From Candidatus Omnitrophota bacterium (GTDB lineage Bacteria > Omnitrophota > Omnitrophia > Omnitrophales > JACROU01): a stretch of DNA of 64,000 bases. Every line of letters begins with the position of its first letter. Position 1 is the first letter of the stretch. Of this stretch, positions 27,527-37,999 are shown piece by piece. Where the stretch lies: assembly GCA_029261035.1 (NCBI GenBank), contig JAJDCD010000008.1:162313-226312 (forward strand), given 5' to 3'. The position numbers and the translations under genes are program-made. The notes beneath the pieces were generated by a model that was given only the letters and a program-made list of their open reading frames with translations, was not told where the DNA came from and searched no databases.

Positions 27527-29539
27527 TTAAGACAGTTCTAATACAACACCGTCTTTTCTAGGTAGGTCCATCAAAACAGTGTTTAGCATAACTGATTGAA
27601 CATCGTTCGTCAAAAGGTTCTTAGCTTTACTCAAACTCTTATTGGGTAGATTCAATTGGATCTGACAGGATTGTTCCAAATTAGTTGGATTCACAATAAC
27701 TACATAGTACTTACCCGACTTATGATAAACCGCAGTCTTCACCCCATCATGACTGGCCTGAACAGGTTCTGTGATATTGAAATGATCTAGAATATGCTTC
27801 ATTAACTCTCTATTAGGCTTAACCCCTAAGTGTAAAACCTTTCCCTTTCCAACCTTCTTTATATAACCCACAGTTTGAGTTCCGTAAGAACCTAAATCCG
27901 CCTTTATTGGAGTTCCTGAAACACGACCGAAAACCATTGGCTGACACGAAATAGAGACTGGTTTCTTTTTGCTAAGAGATAAAGATACATTCCATTTAAA
28001 CTCGAACAGAACAGAGTCTGGTTCATGCAATTCTAAGAGATCTGAATTTTTAAACCGGTCATCTTTTCTTGGGAAATTCTGAAACAAGACTAACACCCCA
28101 CCTTCACGTACATACTCATTTAAATTTTTTTGAGACTGCTGATCTAACCATTGATTGCCAGAATAAAACAAGATTGGCTTCTTTATACTTTTAATCAAAG
28201 GATCAAAAAAATCATAATCCACATCTGCTTCATATAGAGATTGGAGAACTTCATCTTTGGAAGAAATGGATTTAACGGCATATTGCATACGATTAAAAGT
28301 ACAACTTGCTGAAGTTATTTTCTCAAGAGATGGCACATCTATTTTTTTAAACACCGTCACCATCTGTTTGAATACATCGTAAAGCTCTGGACGCTTCTCT
28401 CCCCACTCATTAATGGGAGACATATACCAATTATCACGACCCACTAACATATACCAATTCCAACCTTGGCATCCTGCTAATAAAACAGACAAACAAAGTA
28501 AGCGATAGTGATTTGGGGAAAATGGGCCTGTTTCATAATTTCTTCCATGCCACACGCCGGATTCAAACTCAGCAATGTAAGGCAAGTCAGAAAAGGTTCT
28601 TAGATAACGAATTTTATCCATCACTTTTCGAGGTTCATACACATCTTCATTTAGCTCATTGTAAGGATATAGATCGACACCCACCAAATCACTTATTTGG
28701 TTCATTTTTTCCCAGTCATGAGCATAAAGAAATGGGTAAAGATTTAAATAAATAGGAACATCCACTCCTAAATTTCGATACGTGTCAACAATCCATTTTC
28801 CAAACTCATAAGAATAGTGATGTTTAAATTCAAAGTAATCCAACCCTCTTTTTAATTCTTTTTCTCCCGTCAACAAATAGTCTCTCGTGTTTTCTAAGGC
28901 TGCCGAAATAAATGCTTTAGCCTCGTTAAATGAAGCGTAGACAGTCCCCCATTGTTGATTTAATTTTTGTATGCTTTTATATTTTTTCTTGAGAAATTCT
29001 TGATATAAGCCGGGTTTACGCCCTAAACCATATTGATTACCAAATAAGTCAGGCCATGGGTCGATCTCGTTATCGGCTTGAAGTAATACAATATTTCCCT
29101 TAGGTTGAGTAGCAAAATAAGGCTGGATAACCTTCAATACGGCTTTAATATAATGCTGAGACAATTCTTTAAACTGAGGGTGAAGACGATGATACTTTCG
29201 CACATGATCAGGGACCCCATCATTCTTCCATTCACTGTAGATGTATGGGCCAGGACGAATTATTAAGTAAAGCCCTTCTTTTTGAACTAAATCTAAAAAG
29301 GCCTTTAAATTTCTTTGAGGGTCAGTTTTTCCAAAGAAGTCGTACTTCTTTTTCGATGTTTCGTGGAATTCCCAGGGGATGTAAGTAGCTACAACAGTTA
29401 AACCCATTTGTTTAACGCTCCTCAAACAGTCCTTCCAACTATCTGGACTTAATCTCCAATAATGAACTTCTCCAGAAATCAAGGGTGTTGCTTTAGACCC
29501 AACATAAATTTTTTGTTTTTTAATAGTAACTGTAGGCAT
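27527..29539 (-). CDS. Beta-galactosidase-like glycoside hydrolase (GH35/GH42-like)
   Basis: SGEVHYWR, TYIPWEFHE, IRPGPYIYSEW, QADNE (acid/base), AEFESG; no signal peptide. Confidence 0.85.
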   Translation of the reverse strand: MPTVTIKKQKIYVGSKATPLISGEVHYWRLSPDSWKDCLRSVKQMGLTVVATYIPWEFHETSKKKYDFFGKTDPQRNLKAFLDLVQKEGLYLIIRPGPYIYSEWKNDGVPDHVRKYHRLHPQFKELSQHYIKAVLKVIQPYFATQPKGNIVLLQADNEIDPWPDLFGNQYGLGRKPGLYQEFLKKKYKSIQKLNQQWGTVYASFNEAKAFISAALENTRDYLLTGEKELKRGLDYFEFKHHYSYEFGKWIVDTYRNLGVDVPIYLNLYPFLYAHDWEKMNQISDLVGVDLYPYNELNEDVYEPRKVMDKIRYLRTFSDLPYIAEFESGVWHGRNYETGPFSPNHYRLLCLSVLLAGCQGWNWYMLVGRDNWYMSPINEWGEKRPELYDVFKQMVTVFKKIDVPSLEKITSASCTFNRMQYAVKSISSKDEVLQSLYEADVDYDFFDPLIKSIKKPILFYSGNQWLDQQSQKNLNEYVREGGVLVLFQNFPRKDDRFKNSDLLELHEPDSVLFEFKWNVSLSLSKKKPVSISCQPMVFGRVSGTPIKADLGSYGTQTVGYIKKVGKGKVLHLGVKPNRELMKHILDHFNITEPVQASHDGVKTAVYHKSGKYYVVIVNPTNLEQSCQIQLNLPNKSLSKAKNLLTNDVQSVMLNTVLMDLPRKDGVVLELS

Positions 29540-29550
29540 AAGATCCTCTG

Positions 29551-32031
29551 TTAAACAACAATGTTTACAAGTTTATTAGGCACAATAATAATTTTCCTTA
29601 TTTCTTTTCCATCAATCCAAGTTTTAACTTTTTCATCCGCTAAAACATACTTTTTTAAATCTTCTTCTGAAATGTCAGAAGGCACACATGCTCGCGCTCG
29701 AACCTTGCCTAATACTTGAACCACGATTTCAACTTCATCTGTCTTTAAAGAGTCCGCGTCAAAAGAAGGCCAAGAGGCTCTGAAAATACTACCTTCATTT
29801 CCCAAACGGCTCCATAGTTCTTCTGAAACATGAGGGACAAAAGGGGCTATAAGCAGAGTTACATTAAGAGCAACTTCATTTAACAATGCTTTATCTTCCT
29901 CCGATTGCTGCTGAAATTGAAAGCAAGCATTAATCAATTCCATAATTGCACTGATCGCCGTATTAAAATGAAAATCCCCTTCAAGGTCCTCGGTTACTTT
30001 TTTAATCGTTTGATGGAGCAAACGCTTTAGGTCCTTCGACTTCCACTTTGCTTCTCCTGCAATTTTCCAATCACTCGACTGCGTCACAAAACGCCATACA
30101 CGTCCCAAGAAACGAAAAGACCCATCTGCAGCCCTATCATTCCACTCCGCATCTTTCTCTGGAGGCCCAATAAACAAAGTATAAAGACGAACTGTGTCAG
30201 CACCATACTTTTCAATCAAAGGATCAGGACTCACCACATTCCCTTTAGACTTAGACATTTTAGCACCATCTTTAATAATCATACCTTGGGTAAATAAGTT
30301 TTTAAACGGCTCTGAAAAAGACAATAAATCTAAATCATGAAGCACCTTGGTTATAAAACGAGAATAGAGCAAATGCAAAATAGCATGTTCCACACCACCT
30401 ATATACTGATCCACAGGAAGCCATTTATTTACTAAGTCAAAGTCAAAAGCCTTTGTTTCGTCGTTAGGAGATAAATATCTTAAATAATACCAACTTGAAT
30501 CAACAAAGGTGTCCATGGTATCTACTTCACGACGAGCATCAGACTGACATTTCGGACATTTCACATTAAGAAAGTCTGCATTGTCTTGTAGTGGTGATTT
30601 TCCAGTAGGTTTAAACTCAACTTCTTCAGGAAGAACAACAGGCAACTCTGATTCAGGGACTGGAACCGCCCCACAGGTATCACAATAAATAATTGGAATT
30701 GGAGCCCCCCAATAACGCTGTCTTGAAATTAACCAATCTTTAAGGCGATAATTAATGCTTCTTTTTCCAATATCATTTCGCTCCATAAAATCAGCGATTA
30801 AGTTCCAGCTTTCTTGATTTCCCTTCCCTGTAAATGCTCCTGACTCCACAAGGACACCCTCATCTTCGTATGCTTCCGTCATTTCAGACTCTTTTAATGC
30901 TTCTTTAGGGTTATCGATAACAACTCTCAAAGGTAAGTTGTATTTTTTTGCAAAAAGAAAATCTCTTTGATCATGGGTAGGCACTGCCATAACACAACCT
31001 GTTCCATAATCAAATAAGACGTAATTAGCCAACCAAATAGGAATTTTTTCTTGAGTCATTGGATTGATAGCATATCTGCCAGTAAAAACACCTTCCTTCT
31101 CGCCATCTTCAGACATGCGTTCAATACGGTCTTCTGCTCGTACTTTTCTTATAAAGGCTTCTATATTTTCTTTTTCATCCACATCTTTAATCAAATTAGA
31201 AACCAAAGGATGTTCCGGCGCTAACACAACATAAGTAGCCCCATGAATCGTATCTACACGTGTCGTAAAACAGGGCAACTTGGACTCTTCATCCGCGATA
31301 GGAAATTCAATTGTTACCCCTTCACTTCTACCAATCCAATTTCTTTGCATGGTCTTAACTCGGTCAGGCCAATTTTCCAATAATTTCAAATCATCTAATA
31401 ACTTATCCGCATAATCTGTTATTTTAAAAAACCATTGTTCAAGCTCTTTCGTTTCGACATGAGTATCACAGCGTTCACAAGCATCATTAACCACTTGTTC
31501 ATTCGCCAATACCGTCTGACAAGAAGAACACCAATTTACAGCTGCTTTTTTCTTATACGCTAAACCTTTCTCATAAAGCTTCAGAAAGATCCATTGGGTC
31601 CATTTATAATAATTAGGCAAACAACTAGCAACTTCACGGGACCAGTCATAACCGACTCCCCACTGATTTAATTGTTTTTTCATACGTTCAATGTTACTTA
31701 AGGTAGAAATCTTAGGATGGATATTCGTTTTAAGAGCCGCATTTTCAGCAGGAAGACCAAAAGCATCAAAACCCATAGGAGAAAGGACATTAAAGCCCCT
31801 CATCAATTTATATCGAGCAACAGCATCTCCTATAATATAGTTTCTCCCGTGCCCAACATGAAGGGCTGCTGAAGGATAAGGAAACATGACAAGACAGTAG
31901 AACTTTGGCTTATCACTCAGAGCATCTACCTCAAAGATCTTTTCTTGATCCCAGAAAGATTGCCATCGGGATTCTATTTCACTAAAAGGATAAATACCCT
32001 CTTGCTGTGTTTCGTTTTTATTATCAGACAT
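29551..32031 (-). CDS. leuS: Leucyl-tRNA synthetase
   Basis: MFPYPS..LHVGH (HIGH-type), DWLISRQRYWG, KMSKS. Confidence 0.99.
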   Translation of the reverse strand: MSDNKNETQQEGIYPFSEIESRWQSFWDQEKIFEVDALSDKPKFYCLVMFPYPSAALHVGHGRNYIIGDAVARYKLMRGFNVLSPMGFDAFGLPAENAALKTNIHPKISTLSNIERMKKQLNQWGVGYDWSREVASCLPNYYKWTQWIFLKLYEKGLAYKKKAAVNWCSSCQTVLANEQVVNDACERCDTHVETKELEQWFFKITDYADKLLDDLKLLENWPDRVKTMQRNWIGRSEGVTIEFPIADEESKLPCFTTRVDTIHGATYVVLAPEHPLVSNLIKDVDEKENIEAFIRKVRAEDRIERMSEDGEKEGVFTGRYAINPMTQEKIPIWLANYVLFDYGTGCVMAVPTHDQRDFLFAKKYNLPLRVVIDNPKEALKESEMTEAYEDEGVLVESGAFTGKGNQESWNLIADFMERNDIGKRSINYRLKDWLISRQRYWGAPIPIIYCDTCGAVPVPESELPVVLPEEVEFKPTGKSPLQDNADFLNVKCPKCQSDARREVDTMDTFVDSSWYYLRYLSPNDETKAFDFDLVNKWLPVDQYIGGVEHAILHLLYSRFITKVLHDLDLLSFSEPFKNLFTQGMIIKDGAKMSKSKGNVVSPDPLIEKYGADTVRLYTLFIGPPEKDAEWNDRAADGSFRFLGRVWRFVTQSSDWKIAGEAKWKSKDLKRLLHQTIKKVTEDLEGDFHFNTAISAIMELINACFQFQQQSEEDKALLNEVALNVTLLIAPFVPHVSEELWSRLGNEGSIFRASWPSFDADSLKTDEVEIVVQVLGKVRARACVPSDISEEDLKKYVLADEKVKTWIDGKEIRKIIIVPNKLVNIVV

Positions 32032-32114
32032 AGACCCACCATTTTATAGGTAATTAAACAACGATTCAAGGTGCGATTTCTATTTCTAAGATAAATAAAG
32101 GGTAAAGACTTGTT

Positions 32115-32202
32115 TGGTGCCGGGAGTGGGACTTGAACCCACAAGAGCTGAAAGCCCATCAGATTTTGAGTCTGACGCGTCTGCCAATTCCGCCATCCCG
32201 GC
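32115..32202 (-). tRNA. tRNA-Leu(CAA)
   Basis: GCCGGGATGGCGGAATTGGCAGACGCG-TCAGA-CTCAAAA-TCTGA, long variable arm, GGTTCAAGTCC, encoded CCA. Confidence 0.97.
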
Positions 32203-32255
32203 TTAAGAAGTTACGTATTATACAGGAAAGTCAAATTTTTGCTGTCAAAACTGTC

Positions 32256-32331
32256 TGGTGGACCGAAGGGGGATCGAACCCCTGACCTCCACAATGCCAT
32301 TGTGGCGCTCTCCCATCTGAGCTACCGGCCC
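32256..32331 (-). tRNA. tRNA-Ala(GGC)
   Basis: GGGCCGGTAGCTCAG...CCACA-ATGGCAT-TGTGG...GGTTCGATCC...CCA; G3:U70 identity pair. Confidence 0.97.
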
Positions 32332-32343
32332 TAGAAGCTGATA

Positions 32344-32372
32344 ATTCTATGAATATGATTCTTCTAAGTCAA
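32344..32372 (-). promoter_or_regulatory. Sigma70 promoter of the tRNA-Ala/tRNA-Leu unit
   Basis: TTGACT-17 nt-TAGAAT, 12 nt upstream of tRNA-Ala. Confidence 0.8.
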
Positions 32373-32460
32373 GAGCCATATAAGCTTTATTTTGAGAAAT
32401 TAAAAAATGAAGATCTATTCTAGTTTGGCCTGCCAAACATAGCTTAAAACACGCTAGTGT

Positions 32461-32808
32461 TTAAGCGACGTTTGGTTGAGCTTTTTGTGCTATTGGAATC
32501 GGAGCTGTTAAAACTTTCCACAAACCTCTACAGGTTGAATCTGCGACATTTATAATCGATAGAAAAAAACTTTGAAGATGATCTGCTGCTGGCAACTCCC
32601 AAGTTGTATGCTTTGATTCCGCATAGGTAGGTTCAATCCGTTCTGGACTTTTCAATATCTGCTCCGTTCCCTCCTCCAAATTCTTTTCTAACTGATCCAC
32701 GTAACCAAGTCCATTACCAAAATCTCCTACAGGAGCAGCTATTGACAAAGACACAACTGAAAATGTCATAAAAAATACAATTAACACAACTTGAATTGAA
32801 CGAATCAT
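32461..32808 (-). CDS. Small exported protein, TIGR04073-like (exosortase-associated family, divergent)
   Basis: Signal peptide; KNLEEG..QIL..P and C-terminal GLWKVLTAPIP resemble the family's KLGRG..N / GVYEVVTFPIP pattern; GGAGG RBS. Confidence 0.5.
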   Translation of the reverse strand: MIRSIQVVLIVFFMTFSVVSLSIAAPVGDFGNGLGYVDQLEKNLEEGTEQILKSPERIEPTYAESKHTTWELPAADHLQSFFLSIINVADSTCRGLWKVLTAPIPIAQKAQPNVA

Positions 32809-33052
32809 AATAACCTCCACTTATTCTATTAACAGAAAAATCTAAAAAACGAGTCCCAATGGCTTTCTACTTTAAAGTCCATTTATAGTTCTAATTTATA
32901 CCAAGAACACAATACATTCAACTAAATTGAATAAAGAGCCTGATTCTAAGACCAAGCCTATATCTACCTATTAAACTATCGGTTAAAGTCCCCAAAAACT
33001 GAGCCGATATTGTTTATACAGTTATGGAATATACTCAAGGAGGAGTGCTCAA

Positions 33053-33247
33053 ATGAAACAACAAACTTACACCTGTTCCTCATGCCACGAAAAAGGTGGA
33101 GAAGCAAAATTCAAAACTAAAATCTTAAGTATCATTTATAGTTCTAAACACGACAACATCCAAGCTTTCAAGCAAATTAAATGTGCTGAATGCCATAACT
33201 TGGTTACCATCATATACGAAACAATGGATAATAGCTTAACAAACTAA
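33053..33247 (+). CDS. Small zinc-ribbon protein
   Basis: CSSC...CAEC pairs; strong AAGGAGGAG RBS; intergenic and convergent with the aminotransferase. Confidence 0.7.
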   Translation: MKQQTYTCSSCHEKGGEAKFKTKILSIIYSSKHDNIQAFKQIKCAECHNLVTIIYETMDNSLTN

Positions 33248-33248
33248 G

Positions 33249-34595
33249 CTACTTTCTTCTTTTCTTTTTCAATTCCAAAAAACACTGATCTAAGATATCT
33301 ATTGCTACGTCAAGTTCTGACTTGCTAGCAATCAAAGGTGGAACAATTCTAATTGAATTCTCCCCTGCACCTAAAATCAGAAGACCTTTTTCAAAAGCAA
33401 GATCCACCATCTTATCACGTTCTTTAATAGCCCTTACTTTTGTTTTACGATCTTTAACAAGCTCAACCCCCCACATAAATCCAACACCTCGAACATCACC
33501 AATAATTTCATATTTAGTCTCTAGTTCTTTTAACCTTTTTCCTAAGTAAGGCCCCAATTTTCTTACATTCTTAAGCAATTGCGTTTCCAATAATTTCAAG
33601 GTTGCAACAGCAGAAGCACACGCAACTGGGTTTCCTCCAAATGTAGAAGCATGAGATCCTGGTTTCCAGTCCATTATTTTTTCTGTAGTCACAATCGCAC
33701 CCAAAGGCATTCCAGATGCAATCCCTTTAGCCATAGTGATTATGTCAGGTTTAACTTTCCAATGATTAATAGCAAAGCACTCCCCAGTTCGCCCCATTCC
33801 AGCTTGAACTTCATCCATAATTAATAATATGCCGTACTTATGAGCTATCTGTTTTAAGGTTGCATGATATTTAGGTGGAGGAACATTAAAGCCACCCTCT
33901 CCTTGGATAGGCTCCACAATAATTGCTGCAACCTCCTCAGCTGGAAGCACTGTTTTAAAATACTCTTCTTCTATAACTTTCGCACAATGAACATCACAAC
34001 TTGGGTACTTCAGTCCATAAGGACATCGATAACACGTAGCATAAGGCACATGCGTAACCCCAGGAACTAACGGGCTAAACCTTTCCTTTTGTCTAGATTT
34101 ACTTCCCGTAAGTGACAAAGCTCCCATAGTACGTCCATGAAAGGCTCCTAGAAAAGCAATTACTTTTTGTCTTTTTGTATGATAACGCGCACATTTAAAA
34201 GCAGACTCAACAGCCTCTGCTCCTGAGTTACAGAAAAATACTTTTTTTCTCCCCTTTTCTAATGGGGCAATCTTTGCTAACTGCTCTGCTAATGTAACCT
34301 GAATTTCATAGTAAAAATCTGTTCCAGACATATGAATCAAACGATCCATCTGTGATTTCATTGCTTTTAATACTTTAGGATGACAATGCCCCGTATTCGT
34401 AACGGATAAACCACACGTAAAATCTAAGAAAAGGTTGCCATCTGGATCCGTAATCCATGCTCCCAAAGCCTTATCCACAACTAAGGGGTAGGATCGTGTC
34501 ATTGAAGGAGAGAGAATAAATTCATCACGACGTACAATTTTTTTAGCCTTTGGGCCAGGAAGTATTTTTGATTTGATTCGAGGACGTTTATTCAT
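33249..34595 (-). CDS. Class III PLP aminotransferase (acetylornithine/4-aminobutyrate family)
   Basis: NSGAEAVE, FHGRT, EPIQGEGG, DEVQAGMGRTG, AKG (PLP lysine); likely start 34595. Confidence 0.92.
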   Translation of the reverse strand: MNKRPRIKSKILPGPKAKKIVRRDEFILSPSMTRSYPLVVDKALGAWITDPDGNLFLDFTCGLSVTNTGHCHPKVLKAMKSQMDRLIHMSGTDFYYEIQVTLAEQLAKIAPLEKGRKKVFFCNSGAEAVESAFKCARYHTKRQKVIAFLGAFHGRTMGALSLTGSKSRQKERFSPLVPGVTHVPYATCYRCPYGLKYPSCDVHCAKVIEEEYFKTVLPAEEVAAIIVEPIQGEGGFNVPPPKYHATLKQIAHKYGILLIMDEVQAGMGRTGECFAINHWKVKPDIITMAKGIASGMPLGAIVTTEKIMDWKPGSHASTFGGNPVACASAVATLKLLETQLLKNVRKLGPYLGKRLKELETKYEIIGDVRGVGFMWGVELVKDRKTKVRAIKERDKMVDLAFEKGLLILGAGENSIRIVPPLIASKSELDVAIDILDQCFLELKKKRRK

Positions 34596-34641
34596 AATAA
34601 GTCCTCCCTTCAATTAAATTTTTTATTCCATTTCAACGTTT

Positions 34642-36183
34642 CTATTCATCCATCTGTGCCTTCTGCAATTTGCCACTATAATCCACAAACACAGATTTCC
34701 ATTCTGTAAAAATATCCAAAACCGTACTTCCCGCTTCACGATGTCCATTCCCTGTTTTTTTAACTCCTCCAAAAGGCAAATGAACTTCAGCACCAATGGT
34801 TGGCCCATTCACATAAGTAAGTCCAGCTTCTATATCTCTCACAGCCACCATTGCTTTATTTATATCCCGCGTAAATATAGATGAAGACAATCCATAATCT
34901 GTAGAATTAAGAACTTTCACTGCTTCATCTAAATTCTTAATTCGGATCAATGCCGTAACAGGGCCAAATATTTCTTCCTGAGCTATTCTCATATTTGGAG
35001 TTACTTCACTGAAAATGGTCGGTTCAAAAAAATACCCCTTTTTATAACCCGCTCCCCTTGGGATACCACCTCCTAATTCCAGCTTTGCGCCATCTTGTTT
35101 TGCTACACCCATATAAGCTTTCACTTTTTGATGCTGCGATTTATTAATCAGCGGACCAACATCTATTTTTTCATTAAGCCCATCCCCCAAGCGCAATGTC
35201 TTTGCTCTTTTAACGAGTCTTCGTTTAAATGTTTCATAGATATCTTTATGCACAATAATTCGGCTCGTTGCTGTACAACGTTGTCCCGTAGTTCCAAAAG
35301 CTCCCCAAACAGCTCCTTCTATCGCTAAATCCAGATCAGCATCATCCATAACTATTTGTGCGTTTTTACCTCCCATTTCCATAGAACAGTTCTTTATCAT
35401 TCTTCCACAAGCTTCTCCGATAATGCTTCCCACTTCTGATGAGCCTGTAAAAGAAATTAGACGTGTCTTTGGATGATGAACAATCAATTCTCCCGTGCTC
35501 GGGCCACCATGAACCAAATTAATCACACCTTTGGGGACTCCCGCTTTTTCTAATATCTCCACAAACATACAAGCAGATGCTGGCGTATCTTCTGCCGGTT
35601 TAAAGACCATCGTATTTCCACAAATGAGTGCTGGATAAATTTTCCATGAAGGTACCGCAATTGGAAAATTCCAAGGAGTTATAATACCGCAAACACCAAT
35701 AGGCATTCTGACAGTCATCGCAAGTTTATTCGGAAGCTCACTCGTGGTGGTTTGCCCCAGTAGCCTTCGACCTTCTCCCGCAATGTAATAAGCTGTATCA
35801 ATGGCTTCTTGGACATCCCCCCGTGTTTCACGAAGAGGTTTCCCCATCTCTCTAGTCATTAATTTCGCCAAAGCTTCTTTTTGTTTCTCTAATAGTTGTC
35901 CGCTACGAAATAAAATTTCCCCTCTCTTAGGAGCCGGCATTTTCCTCCATTGATCAAAAGCTTTTTCAGCAGACATAACAGCTTGGTCTACATCCTGTTT
36001 ACCCGAATAAGGAAAAACCCCCACGACATCGTCCGTATTCGCTGGATTTACATTAACAAAAATTCGATCTGTAGAAGATTTTTTCCAAACACCCCCAATG
36101 AAATTTAAATAAGGTTTTTTTAATGTTAGCTTTTTCTGTCTTCTTTTAGAAGACTTGTACTCTAATAGTGTAAGTGCGCTCAT
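34642..36183 (-). CDS. NAD-dependent aldehyde dehydrogenase
   Basis: [31 protein letters not shown]. Confidence 0.95.
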   Translation of the reverse strand: MSALTLLEYKSSKRRQKKLTLKKPYLNFIGGVWKKSSTDRIFVNVNPANTDDVVGVFPYSGKQDVDQAVMSAEKAFDQWRKMPAPKRGEILFRSGQLLEKQKEALAKLMTREMGKPLRETRGDVQEAIDTAYYIAGEGRRLLGQTTTSELPNKLAMTVRMPIGVCGIITPWNFPIAVPSWKIYPALICGNTMVFKPAEDTPASACMFVEILEKAGVPKGVINLVHGGPSTGELIVHHPKTRLISFTGSSEVGSIIGEACGRMIKNCSMEMGGKNAQIVMDDADLDLAIEGAVWGAFGTTGQRCTATSRIIVHKDIYETFKRRLVKRAKTLRLGDGLNEKIDVGPLINKSQHQKVKAYMGVAKQDGAKLELGGGIPRGAGYKKGYFFEPTIFSEVTPNMRIAQEEIFGPVTALIRIKNLDEAVKVLNSTDYGLSSSIFTRDINKAMVAVRDIEAGLTYVNGPTIGAEVHLPFGGVKKTGNGHREAGSTVLDIFTEWKSVFVDYSGKLQKAQMDE

Positions 36184-37004
36184 TTCCCCACCCCTTTCAG
36201 ATTACCCCTCTTCTTTTGCTGGGGCTTTAACATCTTCTTACCTTCAAATCGCTTAGCCACTTCTTTCAAACAATCATAATGTGTCGAATCCAGTTGCAAC
36301 GGAGTTACAGAGACATAACCTTTTTTTATAACTCCTTCATCTGTTTCTATAGAATTATCATTAATAATCATTTCACCTGTTAACTTATATCTTAAAACTC
36401 CATTAGCACTCTTTTGCTTTTTAAACACTTCTACAAAACGAGAATCTGCCTGAGGAACAACACGAACTCCTTTTATTTTAGACTTTGGAAGATCTGGGAT
36501 ATTCACATTCAAAAAAGTATCTCTTGGTAATTTATTCTTAAGACAATCTACAACAACCTGTTTTGCGATTATTGCTGCGCTTTTAAATTTTATAGAAGAA
36601 TTACTTGCTAGAGAAAATGCGACCGAAGGGATCCCGCAAATAAGAGCTTCCCTAGCTCCTGCCACCGTACCGGAATAATAAACAGAAACACCTGTGTTTG
36701 AACCTTGATTAATGCCAGAAACAACTAAGTCGGGTTGTGATTTCATCAATTCACATAAAGCAAATTTTACACAATCCACAGGAGTTCCATGAATGCCGTA
36801 AGCAGGCACTTTTTCAACATCCTCAAATGGCGTTACTTCTATATTTTCTCTAAGAGTAACCGCTTGTCCTACAGAGGAACATTGACGGATAGGTGCTACA
36901 ACAAAGCAATCTGCAACACTTCTTAATTCACGCTCTAAAGCAATAATTCCTGGGGCATGAATCCCATCATCATTTGTGATTAAAATAAGAGGTTTTTTTC
37001 CCAT
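36180..37004 (-). CDS. surE: 5'/3'-nucleotidase SurE
   Basis: ILITNDDG, GTPVDCV, SGINQGSN, YSGTVAGAREA. Confidence 0.95.
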   Translation of the reverse strand: MGKKPLILITNDDGIHAPGIIALERELRSVADCFVVAPIRQCSSVGQAVTLRENIEVTPFEDVEKVPAYGIHGTPVDCVKFALCELMKSQPDLVVSGINQGSNTGVSVYYSGTVAGAREALICGIPSVAFSLASNSSIKFKSAAIIAKQVVVDCLKNKLPRDTFLNVNIPDLPKSKIKGVRVVPQADSRFVEVFKKQKSANGVLRYKLTGEMIINDNSIETDEGVIKKGYVSVTPLQLDSTHYDCLKEVAKRFEGKKMLKPQQKKRGNLKGVGK

Positions 37005-37225
37005 CCCAGCTATCTCCCATAACAGAAAGTTAGACTCATACCTACTTCTCTCATTTGGAACCTTAAAGTAACGTACCGAGTGTGACAGGTCTTTAGACCT
37101 GTTATCACCACTACTTATTAAGAAGCTAATTACTCCATTACAAAACTCAAAGGATATCTCTACAAAACTCCTACATCCTTAAGTTTAACGCATGAATCTT
37201 AATGTGTGAAATCCGATAGAAGTTT

Positions 37226-37987
37226 CTAAAAAAGATCTGTAAAGTAGGTCATTTCGCCAAAATGAATAAGCTCAATATTCTCTTGTTTAACAAGGTTTTT
37301 AAGGCGATCATGAATCAATGCCTTACGCTCCACCTCCCGAGCTTGATTAAAACTGGAAATTTTAGTGAGTTCTTTCGTAACAAACCCTGGATGAACCATA
37401 ATTTCAGAAACCCCTTTCGGAAGAGATGAAATTTGCCTGCAAAGAGATGTAAGAGTCCAATGCTTCTTATGATCCAAATCTCCAAAAAAATAATGAGGAA
37501 TAGGAATCTTATCCTTAAGCAAACTTCTTCTCACCTCAGAAGTGTTTAAAGGAACAAGACGGTGTGGGATTTTATACTTATAACTTAACTTCAATATTAC
37601 GTTGAATAGATTAGAATATATATGCAAATGATGATGTGTGTCTATGTGAGTTGGCAAAACACCAAAACTATCTTGAAATTGTAGTATCTGAGCTTCAAAC
37701 TCTTTCATTAATTTCACTTCAGGAATACTCTTAATTTTTTGAGGACTCATTTTACTGAATGAGCTTTTAAAAGAAGAACTACGAGGCTCCCCTAAGGTAA
37801 TGGATAAATGAATCCCCTTACCTAAAAAGGGTCGATTTAATAAGTGTTTGATTTTATTTTTTTTAATAGGGAATGTCATTAAAATTGTAGTGCTACTTAC
37901 AACACCCCTATCATGACAATCTAAAATTGCTCGATCAACACCCGATGTCAGATTAAAATCGTCCGCATTTATAATGAGATATTTCAT
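37226..37987 (-). CDS. ChbG/YdjC-family carbohydrate deacetylase
   Basis: IINADDF, THIDTHHH, EIMVHPG, R..E. Confidence 0.9.
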   Translation of the reverse strand: MKYLIINADDFNLTSGVDRAILDCHDRGVVSSTTILMTFPIKKNKIKHLLNRPFLGKGIHLSITLGEPRSSSFKSSFSKMSPQKIKSIPEVKLMKEFEAQILQFQDSFGVLPTHIDTHHHLHIYSNLFNVILKLSYKYKIPHRLVPLNTSEVRRSLLKDKIPIPHYFFGDLDHKKHWTLTSLCRQISSLPKGVSEIMVHPGFVTKELTKISSFNQAREVERKALIHDRLKNLVKQENIELIHFGEMTYFTDLF

Positions 37988-37999
37988 AATTCCTCAACA

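Noticed and set aside
31974-32159. 61-aa ORF upstream of leuS
   Set aside because: Overlaps tRNA-Leu and the leuS start; spurious
32217-32248. TTGACA...TATAAT upstream of tRNA-Leu
   Set aside because: Spacing is 20 nt (or 6 nt to the nearer TTGACT), outside the normal 16-18; not called as a promoter
37005-37225. Lysine/SAM-type riboswitch upstream of amino-acid catabolic genes
   Set aside because: No recognisable aptamer consensus by eye; kept only as putative operator motifs
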